Source of the DNA: an uncultured Eubacteriales bacterium
Lineage (GTDB): Bacteria > Bacillota > Clostridia > Oscillospirales > Acutalibacteraceae
NCBI GenBank assembly: GCA_900317985.1
Contig: ONJD01000001.1
Span: forward strand, 3,532 to 67,531
Direction of reading: 5' to 3'
DNA length: 64,000 nt
A program made the translations under genes and the position numbers. Each line of letters opens with the position of its first letter. Position 1 is the first letter of the stretch. Of the stretch, positions 45,943 to 52,365 are shown piece by piece. The notes beneath the pieces were generated by a model, which did not search any database, was not told the DNA's origin, and was given only the letters and a program-made list of their open reading frames with translations.

Positions 45943-46362
45943 TCAGATATCCCGCTGAAGACCGGTCTTCGGGTCAGAGGAAAGAACGATGTCCTCATCA
46001 GTGATGTTGAGGTATTTTTTGATATGCTCAAAACTCTCATCGGAGATGACATGTTCCAGACGGCAGCCGTCTTCATAGGCCGTGTCCTCGTCGACGCCCA
46101 TCTTCATCAGCAGATGGGACAGAACGACCTGGCGTTCAAAGAGACTGGTGGCGACCTTTCGTCCGGTCTCCGTCAGCGTGATGGACTTGTCCTCGTGGAC
46201 CGTGATGTACCCGGACTCTCTCAGGATGGAAACGGCCCGGCTGACGCTGGGTTTCGAGAAGCCCATATATTCGCTGATGTCGATGGAATGAACAACAGGC
46301 TGCTGGAGAGAAAGCCACAAAATGGTCTTGAGATACATCTCGCCGGATTCCTGCAACTTCAT
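45943..46362 (-). CDS. DtxR/MntR-family metal-dependent transcriptional regulator
   Basis: 139 aa from MKLQESGEMYLKTI (ATG 46362, AAAGGAGG RBS). Winged HTH (ISEYMGFSKPSVSRAVSILRESGYI) and a dimerisation/metal domain. No SH3-like C-terminal domain, i.e. MntR-sized. Confidence 0.8.
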   Translation of the reverse strand: MKLQESGEMYLKTILWLSLQQPVVHSIDISEYMGFSKPSVSRAVSILRESGYITVHEDKSITLTETGRKVATSLFERQVVLSHLLMKMGVDEDTAYEDGCRLEHVISDESFEHIKKYLNITDEDIVLSSDPKTGLQRDI

Positions 46363-46403
46363 ATCCGAGCCTCCTTTTCTTTCTGAAAAAATGGGTAAAA
46401 AAA

Positions 46404-46477
46404 TGGAGCGGGTAATGGGAGTCGAACCCACCTATTGACCTTGGGAAGGTCACATTCTACCGATAAATTATACCCGC
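46404..46477 (-). tRNA. tRNA-Gly (anticodon CCC), CCA encoded
   Basis: Reverse strand GCGGGTATAATTTATCGGTAGAATGTGACCTTCCCAAGGTCAATAGGTGGGTTCGACTCCCATTACCCGCTCCA. It has a 7-bp acceptor stem, anticodon loop TTCCCAA and a GGTTCGA T-loop. Confidence 0.93.
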
Positions 46478-46489
46478 ATAACGCTATAT

Positions 46490-46519
46490 ATTATATAAGA
46501 CTATGCGGGGGTTCGTCAA
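46490..46519 (-). promoter_or_regulatory. Candidate promoter of tRNA-Gly (TTGACG-18-TATAAT)
   Basis: Reverse strand: TTGACG (46514-19) and TATAAT (46490-95). The tRNA 5' end lies about 13 nt downstream. Confidence 0.6.
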
Positions 46520-46520
46520 G

Positions 46521-47600
46521 TCACACGAGCGCAAAAGACCAGACCGTTTTCCGACGGAAATCGTCGCCCTGTTTCAGGACGGGAGACGGTGCGGCGGGCA
46601 GGTGGACGGCGTCCGGCCAGCCCTGTGCTTCGAGGGCGGCACCGGCAAAGGGAACGAGCGGTCCGTCCGCCAGTTCGACGCCCTCTTCCGGGTCATTGCA
46701 GGTGTACATCACAAAGGCTGGCGCGTCGGTCGAGATCGTCACTGCCCGGCCGGAAACGGCATCTGACACGCGAAGGGAATGGTTGCCCTCTTCCCGGAAC
46801 AGGAAGGGGTGGTCGTAACCGCGGCCGACCATGACGTTCTGCGGGTGTTCCGAATCCCGTCCCTGAGAGAAGGGCTCTCCGAGGCGGAAATCGAACGCCG
46901 TGCCGTCCACCGGCAGGATGTTGCCGGTCGGGATCAGGTCTTCCCGAAGCTCCGCGAACCGGTCCGCGTCGGCAATGAGCGTCTGAGACAGGATGTCCGT
47001 TTTCAGGTCCCCGCTCAGGTTGAAGTACGTGTGGTTCGTCGGGTCGAACAGGGTGTCCTCCGTCGACGTGGCGCGGTATTCGATGTGGAACCGGTCGTTA
47101 TTATCGAGGAGGTATGTGACCTCTGCATGAACTTCCCCGGGGAACCCGTTCGAACCGGCGGGGCTCGTGTACAGGAACGTCACCGACACCTTCTGCCGGT
47201 GGTCGCAGACGGTCGGATCCGGCAGGTCGAAGACCTCGGCATCCCAGATCGCCTTTGAGAACTCCCCGTTCCCGTGCAGACTGTTTTCGCCGTCGTTTTT
47301 CGGCAGGGCGTACATCGCCCCGTTCAGCGGAAAAGAAGCTCCGTCGATGCGGCCGGCCGTTCGCCCCACGATGGCACCGAGGTACAGCCCCGCGTGGGCG
47401 ATGTACCCCGTGAGGTCCGGGAACCGCAGAACGATGCTCTCGACGAGCCCGTTCCGGTCCGGCATCCGCACGTCCGTGATGATGGCGCCGTAATTGATAC
47501 ACGACACCGAGATGCCGTGGTCGTTCTGCAGGGTGTATTCGGTCACCGGCACCGGGCAGAGGTTCTGCGGGTCCGGGAAGGTTCTGGTCGTGACTCTCAT
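46521..47600 (-). CDS. galM: Aldose 1-epimerase (galactose mutarotase)
   Basis: 359 aa. GRTAGRI, NSLHGN, TNHTYFNL, EAQGWPDA. Confidence 0.88.
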   Translation of the reverse strand: MRVTTRTFPDPQNLCPVPVTEYTLQNDHGISVSCINYGAIITDVRMPDRNGLVESIVLRFPDLTGYIAHAGLYLGAIVGRTAGRIDGASFPLNGAMYALPKNDGENSLHGNGEFSKAIWDAEVFDLPDPTVCDHRQKVSVTFLYTSPAGSNGFPGEVHAEVTYLLDNNDRFHIEYRATSTEDTLFDPTNHTYFNLSGDLKTDILSQTLIADADRFAELREDLIPTGNILPVDGTAFDFRLGEPFSQGRDSEHPQNVMVGRGYDHPFLFREEGNHSLRVSDAVSGRAVTISTDAPAFVMYTCNDPEEGVELADGPLVPFAGAALEAQGWPDAVHLPAAPSPVLKQGDDFRRKTVWSFALV

Positions 47601-48985
47601 AAAGACTCCTTGGCTAGCAGGTCCGCGGTCTGCGGGCCCGGGGTTTCGTGCAGGGAGGCGATGTACGCGTCCACCGCGCGGGTCAGTGCTTTCGCGATGC
47701 CGCGCTGATCGTTCAGCAGCGTGCCGCGGTCATGTTCGTTGGACAGGAAGCCCAGTTCGCAGAGACAGCTCTCGACGCCCTGGGGGAAGTCCCGGTATTC
47801 GTTGGTCCCGTAGGCAGGGTTGCGCCCGTCCACGTACGCGCCGGTGGCGAGGCAGCCGTACTCACGGATCATGAAGTAGTAGTCGGTGGAGGTCGTGGCG
47901 TCGTAGAACGTGTAGCCCTTTCTTCGCGCCTTGCTCCGCTCCGCGGCAAGCTCCCGGTTCGAGAAGGTCCGCACATAGACCCCTCTCGCCGTCCGGCCGC
48001 CCATCGTGGAATAGTCGAGGGCGGTGGCGGCCACCAGTTCGTCGGCAAGGGACTTCGCGAAGTCGTCCCCCGCCTGCCGGGCCCGGTAGATCTGGACCCC
48101 GTTCTGGCTGCCGTGTTTGTTCTGATTGAGGTGCAGGCTGAGGCAGAGTTTGGCGCGGGAGCCGCAGGTGCGGTTCACTCTCCCGTCTTTGTCGTACTCC
48201 GTGTAGGCCATGTTCATGTTCGGGTCTTCGGTGCCGTCCCGGGTCAGAAGGACCTTGTAGCCGGCACTCTCGAGCGCGTTCGCGACCTTCTTTCCGATGT
48301 CGAGAACGACGTCAGACTCTTTGTACGGGCCGCTTTGAGCACCCGGGTCCTTTCCGCCGTGGCCCGGGTCGACGACGATGTCGTAGACGTCGGACGGCAA
48401 CCGGGAACGCTTCGTGTGGAACACCAGCGTCTCGGTCGTTCCGGTCCGTTCGAAGGCGGACGTCACCCTGCGGTGACCGTGGTGGCCGTAGGGCAGCGTG
48501 TAGTACTCGATGGCGTCCTGCGGTCCGGTCTTTTCCGTTCCGGTGCCGTCGCTCAGAGCCAGCAGATCGGTGCTGCCGTCCTTCCGGGTGAGTTCCAGAA
48601 ACACGGCGGTGTCACCGGTCTCCAGTGTGTCGAGACAGAGGCCTTCGTCGAGGTGCTTTGCCGTCCGGAACGAAAGCTTCCCTTTGGAGACAGAGAACGG
48701 GATCTCGAATGACGTCCGGTCCTCCTCCCCGTTTCCGGTGCGCAATTGGAGGGCGGCCTTTTGGATGCCCTTCGCGGTCCCGTCGAGCGAGGAAAGGTCG
48801 GCGGTCCCCTCCGCCTGGAAGAACGCGCCGTAGGTGTAATACGTTCGGATGACAGCCGTTCCGTCCAGTTCGCTCGCGGCGCCCGAAGCAGGGCTCCCGC
48901 AGGCGGGCAGAAGGACGCTCATCAAAAAACAGAGGAGCAGGACAAGGCTGCCTGCCCCTTTGCGGGTCGTTGGATCGTGTTTCAT
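47597..48985 (-). CDS. N-acetylmuramoyl-L-alanine amidase (Amidase_3) lipoprotein with an unknown N-terminal domain
   Basis: 462 aa. Lipobox LLPAC. C-terminal catalytic domain VDPGHGGKDPGA ... SLHLN ... ELGFLSN. Confidence 0.85.
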   Translation of the reverse strand: MKHDPTTRKGAGSLVLLLCFLMSVLLPACGSPASGAASELDGTAVIRTYYTYGAFFQAEGTADLSSLDGTAKGIQKAALQLRTGNGEEDRTSFEIPFSVSKGKLSFRTAKHLDEGLCLDTLETGDTAVFLELTRKDGSTDLLALSDGTGTEKTGPQDAIEYYTLPYGHHGHRRVTSAFERTGTTETLVFHTKRSRLPSDVYDIVVDPGHGGKDPGAQSGPYKESDVVLDIGKKVANALESAGYKVLLTRDGTEDPNMNMAYTEYDKDGRVNRTCGSRAKLCLSLHLNQNKHGSQNGVQIYRARQAGDDFAKSLADELVAATALDYSTMGGRTARGVYVRTFSNRELAAERSKARRKGYTFYDATTSTDYYFMIREYGCLATGAYVDGRNPAYGTNEYRDFPQGVESCLCELGFLSNEHDRGTLLNDQRGIAKALTRAVDAYIASLHETPGPQTADLLAKESL

Positions 48986-49001
48986 TTCTTTCTCCGGGCG
49001 T

Positions 49002-49577
49002 TCATTCGCCGTCGACCGTCATGAGACGGGACATCATGCAGATGCCGGCAGCGCCGCTGGCAAGGCAGTCCTCGAGCTGTTCCCGGGACGCGCCGCCGAG
49101 CGCGTAGACCGGGATGTCCACCGCGCTGCTGACCTCCCCGAGGAACTCGAGGAGCTTGTTTCCGGTGCCGTATTCATGCGTGCCACCGGACGCGACACTG
49201 GCGGTGAGGTAGGTCGCCCCCAGAGAGGCCGCTTCTTTCGCCTCTTCCACGGAATGGACCGTCGTGCCGATGACGTCGAACTGTTCCCGGATCTCCGCTG
49301 GCAGTTCTCTCAGCTGGGCAAGGGGGATCTGCAGGCGTTTGATGCCCATATCCAAAGCGATCCGGTAAAACGTGTGGACGATCAGCGGGACGCCGTTCTC
49401 TTCGCAGGCCGGCAGGATCCGCTCCACGAGGATGCGGTAGGTATCTTCCATGACGTCCTTCTCGCGAAGGATGACAGCCTTCGGTTTCAGCGCCGCCACG
49501 ATGCGCATCTGGTCCTGAAAGGGCCGGTGGCACAGGTGGCGATCGGTGATGCAGATGACATTCTGAAGGTTTTGCAT
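49002..49577 (-). CDS. ThiE/TenI-family (thiamine-phosphate synthase-like) protein
   Basis: 191 aa TIM-barrel-like pattern (GTTVHSVEEA, GATYL, VYALGG, AGICMMS). The usual phosphate-binding PxFxTxTK segment is replaced by ASVASGGTHEYG. Confidence 0.6.
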   Translation of the reverse strand: MQNLQNVICITDRHLCHRPFQDQMRIVAALKPKAVILREKDVMEDTYRILVERILPACEENGVPLIVHTFYRIALDMGIKRLQIPLAQLRELPAEIREQFDVIGTTVHSVEEAKEAASLGATYLTASVASGGTHEYGTGNKLLEFLGEVSSAVDIPVYALGGASREQLEDCLASGAAGICMMSRLMTVDGE

Positions 49578-49613
49578 AATGGACCCTCCTGCTCGATGTA
49601 TTCTTTCACTTTT

Positions 49614-49642
49614 ATTGTAGAGAAAACATGGTGCCTCGTCAA
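49614..49642 (-). promoter_or_regulatory. Candidate promoter of the ThiE-like/amidase/mutarotase operon (TTGACG-17-TACAAT)
   Basis: Reverse strand: TTGACG (49637-42) and TACAAT (49614-19). Confidence 0.55.
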
Positions 49643-49682
49643 ATACAGAAACGGAAAAATCTGCACTGTCCCAAGAATCTCC

Positions 49683-49712
49683 TTGACACAGAACAAATGT
49701 TCGAATTAGAAT
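49683..49712 (+). promoter_or_regulatory. Candidate promoter of the Y-family polymerase operon (TTGACA-18-TAGAAT)
   Basis: TTGACA at 49683-88 and TAGAAT at 49707-12. The leader before the first ATG is very short. Confidence 0.65.
49690..49703 (+). promoter_or_regulatory. LexA (SOS / Cheo) box
   Basis: AGAACAAATGTTCG matches the Firmicute consensus CGAAC-N4-GTTCG at the GAAC-N4-GTTC core. It lies in the promoter spacer. Confidence 0.8.
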
Positions 49713-49729
49713 AGAGACGCAAACGGCAA

Positions 49730-51043
49730 ATGGGCGAAATGGGTAATTCGTATTTGCTGGAGGCGACCGTTACGAACCACACAAACACATTCTATCTATG
49801 CATCGACCTGAAGTCCTTTTACGCGTCGGTCGAGTGCGTGGAACGGGGGCTCGACCCCATGACCACTCTGCTCGCCGTCGCCGACCCGGAGCGGACCGAA
49901 AAGACCATCTGTCTTGCCATCACGCCTGCCATGAAGGCGCTCGGCATCAAAAACCGGTGCCGGGTCTTCGAGATCCCGAAAAACATCGACTACATCATGG
50001 CAGTCCCCCGCATGCATCTGTACCTCGAGTACTCGGCCCGCATCTACGGGGTCTACCTCAAGTACATCGCCAAAGAGGACATCCATGTGTACTCGGTGGA
50101 CGAGGCGTTCCTGGACGTCACCCACTACCTAGCGATGTACCGCATGAACGCGAAAGAGCTCGGGCTGCGCATCATGCAGGACATCTACGAGACGACGGGC
50201 ATCCGCGCCACCTGCGGCATCGGGACGAACCTGTACCTGTGCAAGATCGCGCTCGACATCATGGCGAAGAAATCTCCGGACTTCGTGGGCGCTCTGAACG
50301 AGGCGCGGTACCGGCGGCTCCTCTGGGACCACCTCCCCCTCACCGACTTCTGGAGCATCGGCGGCGGGACCGTGCGGCGGCTCGCGAACTACGGCATCTT
50401 CACCATGCGGGACATCGCGAACACGCCGGAGGACCTTCTGTACCGGGTCTTCGGCATCGACGCGGAACTGCTCATCGACCACGCCTGGGGGCGGGAGACC
50501 GTCACCATCGCGGACATCAAGGCGTTCCGGCCGTCGGGCCACTCGCTCTCGAGCGGCCAGGTCCTGCCCTGGGACTACGACCGGGAGGGCGGCCTGCTCC
50601 TCGCCAAAGAGATGGGCGAAGACCTCGCGCTCGACCTTCTCTGGCAGGACCTCATCGCCGACTCCCTGACCATGACCCTCGGGTATTCAAAGGCCTCCGG
50701 CGGAGACTGGGTCCGGGGCACCCGGGTGCTGGGGCGGACCGGCGGCACGAACTCGGCGAGCGCGGTCCGGGAGACCATCGAGGCGCTGTACGACGCCATC
50801 GCGCTCTACGACAAACCGCTGCGGCGCATCGGACTCTCCCTGAACCGGGTGCGGGAAGAGGTCTGTGTCCAGTACAGCTTTTTCGACGACCCGGCGGCAC
50901 TCGAGCGGGAGCGCGCCCGGCAGCGGGCCGTCCTGTACATCAAAAACAAGTACGGAAAGAACGCCATCTTTCAGGGCATGGACCTCATCGAGGGCGCGCG
51001 GACCCTCGAGCGCAACGCCCAGATCGGCGGCCACCGGGCATGA
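49730..51043 (+). CDS. Y-family (UmuC/DinB-like) translesion DNA polymerase
   Basis: 437 aa. IDLKSFYASVECVERGLDP, YSVDEAFLDVT (catalytic acidic residues), little-finger region. The start could be ATG 49730 or 49739. Confidence 0.88.
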   Translation: MGEMGNSYLLEATVTNHTNTFYLCIDLKSFYASVECVERGLDPMTTLLAVADPERTEKTICLAITPAMKALGIKNRCRVFEIPKNIDYIMAVPRMHLYLEYSARIYGVYLKYIAKEDIHVYSVDEAFLDVTHYLAMYRMNAKELGLRIMQDIYETTGIRATCGIGTNLYLCKIALDIMAKKSPDFVGALNEARYRRLLWDHLPLTDFWSIGGGTVRRLANYGIFTMRDIANTPEDLLYRVFGIDAELLIDHAWGRETVTIADIKAFRPSGHSLSSGQVLPWDYDREGGLLLAKEMGEDLALDLLWQDLIADSLTMTLGYSKASGGDWVRGTRVLGRTGGTNSASAVRETIEALYDAIALYDKPLRRIGLSLNRVREEVCVQYSFFDDPAALERERARQRAVLYIKNKYGKNAIFQGMDLIEGARTLERNAQIGGHRA

Positions 51044-51052
51044 GGCGGTGCC

Positions 51053-51439
51053 ATGGATAAAAAGCCGAAGACAAAAATGGACCGGATCCAGCGGGCCAAA
51101 CAGTTCATGCCCTTCGCCGCGCTGAAAGGGTTCGAAGAAGAAATAGCCCTCGCCGAATTCCGCCCGGTGGACAAAGTCGAGTTCTGCGAAGACGCCGCTG
51201 AAGAACTGGACCGCCGGCTCCGGGAGGTCAAACCCGGGGACATGGTCTCCCTCATTTACTACAAGAAGACGGCCCGGGGAGGCACTTACCTCCGCCGGAC
51301 CGGCATGGTTTCCAAAGTCGACCCCGTCGACCGCACACTCACCGTCGTCAAGGAACCCATTCCGTTCGCGGACCTGTATGAAATCGAAACAGTCACACCA
51401 GATGCTATTACCGCATCCATGGGTCAGGACGCCTATTGA
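51053..51439 (+). CDS. YolD-like protein (accessory factor of Y-family polymerases)
   Basis: 128 aa. QFMPFAALKGFEE...ELDRRL...V.LIYY...G.V.KVD...L.V...IPFADLYEIE matches the YolD-like family pattern. Starts 9 nt after the polymerase stop. Confidence 0.8.
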   Translation: MDKKPKTKMDRIQRAKQFMPFAALKGFEEEIALAEFRPVDKVEFCEDAAEELDRRLREVKPGDMVSLIYYKKTARGGTYLRRTGMVSKVDPVDRTLTVVKEPIPFADLYEIETVTPDAITASMGQDAY

Positions 51440-51493
51440 CTCAGTAGGTCATTTTGCTTATCCTGTAGGTAGCAAAAACAGGAGGGATCCACC

Positions 51494-51940
51494 ATGAAAG
51501 AACAGGCAACGATCCGCGCGGTCTGCGTCAGTGAACGGAAGGGCGAACAGAAGCATCCCGTCGACCGGATCGACCTGCGTCCGCACCACGGCATCGTGGG
51601 CGATGCACATGCCGGAGACTGGCACCGACAGGTGAGCCTTCTGGCCAAAGAGAGCGTGGACCGCATGCAGGAACAGGTGTCGATCCCTCTCCACCCGGGC
51701 GCGTTCGCGGAGAACGTCCTGTGCGAGGGCATCACCCTCGCCGAACTGCCGATCGGCACGAAACTTCAGATCGGCTCCGCCCTCTGTGAAGTGACACAGA
51801 TCGGAAAAGAATGCCATGCCGACTGCGCCATCCGGCAACAGGCCGGCGACTGCGTCATGCCGCGGGAAGGCATCTTCGCGGTCGTCCTGGAAGCGGGCGA
51901 AGCCCGGATTGGGGACATGGTACAGGTAATGGATGACTGA
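51494..51940 (+). CDS. MOSC domain-containing protein
   Basis: 148 aa. GIVGDAHAG.WHRQVSLL...GAFAENV...L..G..L.IG...CEVTQIGKECH, a typical small MOSC protein. Confidence 0.8.
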   Translation: MKEQATIRAVCVSERKGEQKHPVDRIDLRPHHGIVGDAHAGDWHRQVSLLAKESVDRMQEQVSIPLHPGAFAENVLCEGITLAELPIGTKLQIGSALCEVTQIGKECHADCAIRQQAGDCVMPREGIFAVVLEAGEARIGDMVQVMDD

Positions 51941-51968
51941 GGGTTCAAATCCCCCCTGACACACAAAA

Positions 51969-52002
51969 GCAAAAAGACCAGACGCAAGGTCTGGTCTTTT
52001 GC
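51969..52002. terminator. Bidirectional terminator (MOSC gene / tRNA-Ser pair)
   Basis: GCAAAAAGACCAGAC-gcaag-GTCTGGTCTTTTGC. Confidence 0.85.
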
Positions 52003-52004
52003 TT

Positions 52005-52096
52005 TGGCGGAGAAGGGGGGATTTGAACCCCCGCGACGTTCATCACGCCCTACTCCCTTAGCAGGGGAGCCCCTTCGGCCTCTTGGGTACTTCTCC
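52005..52096 (-). tRNA. tRNA-Ser (anticodon GCU), CCA encoded
   Basis: Reverse strand GGAGAAGTACCCAAGAGGCCGAAGGGGCTCCCCTGCTAAGGGAGTAGGGCGTGATGAACGTCGCGGGGGTTCAAATCCCCCCTTCTCCGCCA. It has anticodon loop CTGCTAA and a long variable arm. Confidence 0.93.
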
Positions 52097-52173
52097 AGGT
52101 CAAAGTCAGTGTTCGTATTCGGTTGAACGCCTTAACAGTTTACCATTTTTAATGGTGGCTGTAAAGAAAAAAG

Positions 52174-52262
52174 TGGCGGAGGGTGTGGGATTCGAACCCA
52201 CGTGACGTTTCCGCCTAACGGTTTTCAAGACCGCCCCGTTATGACCACTTCGGTAACCCTCC
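52174..52262 (-). tRNA. tRNA-Ser (anticodon UGA), CCA encoded
   Basis: Reverse strand GGAGGGTTACCGAAGTGGTCATAACGGGGCGGTCTTGAAAACCGTTAGGCGGAAACGTCACGTGGGTTCGAATCCCACACCCTCCGCCA. It has anticodon loop CTTGAAA and a long variable arm. Confidence 0.93.
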
Positions 52263-52275
52263 GTACAGCGGAACT

Positions 52276-52304
52276 ATGCTAACATATTTACTTTTGAGTG
52301 TCAA
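52276..52304 (-). promoter_or_regulatory. Candidate promoter of the tRNA-Ser pair (TTGACA-17-TAGCAT)
   Basis: Reverse strand: TTGACA (52299-304) and TAGCAT (52276-81). The tRNA 5' end lies about 13 nt downstream. Confidence 0.6.
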
Positions 52305-52315
52305 TCGATTCGACG

Positions 52316-52353
52316 CAAGGAAATGCCCTTCCCGGAAAACCCGGGAAGGGCAT
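52316..52353 (-). terminator. Intrinsic terminator after sbcC
   Basis: 13-bp stem ATGCCCTTCCCGG / CCGGGAAGGGCAT, followed by a T-rich tail (TTTCCTT) on the reverse strand. Confidence 0.75.
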
Positions 52354-52365
52354 GCATTTTGTCTG

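Noticed and set aside
49578-49729. TPP riboswitch upstream of the ThiE/TenI-like gene
   Set aside because: The region holds two divergent promoters and the SOS box. No CTGAGA / ACCTGATCTGGATAATGCCAGCG-type conserved THI-box elements are present.
52005-52365. A genomic island integrated at the tRNA-Ser pair (and likewise at tRNA-Gly 46404-46477)
   Set aside because: There is no integrase, no direct repeat of a tRNA 3' end, and no compositional break. Both flanks are ordinary core genes (MOSC, sbcCD; mutarotase, regulator).
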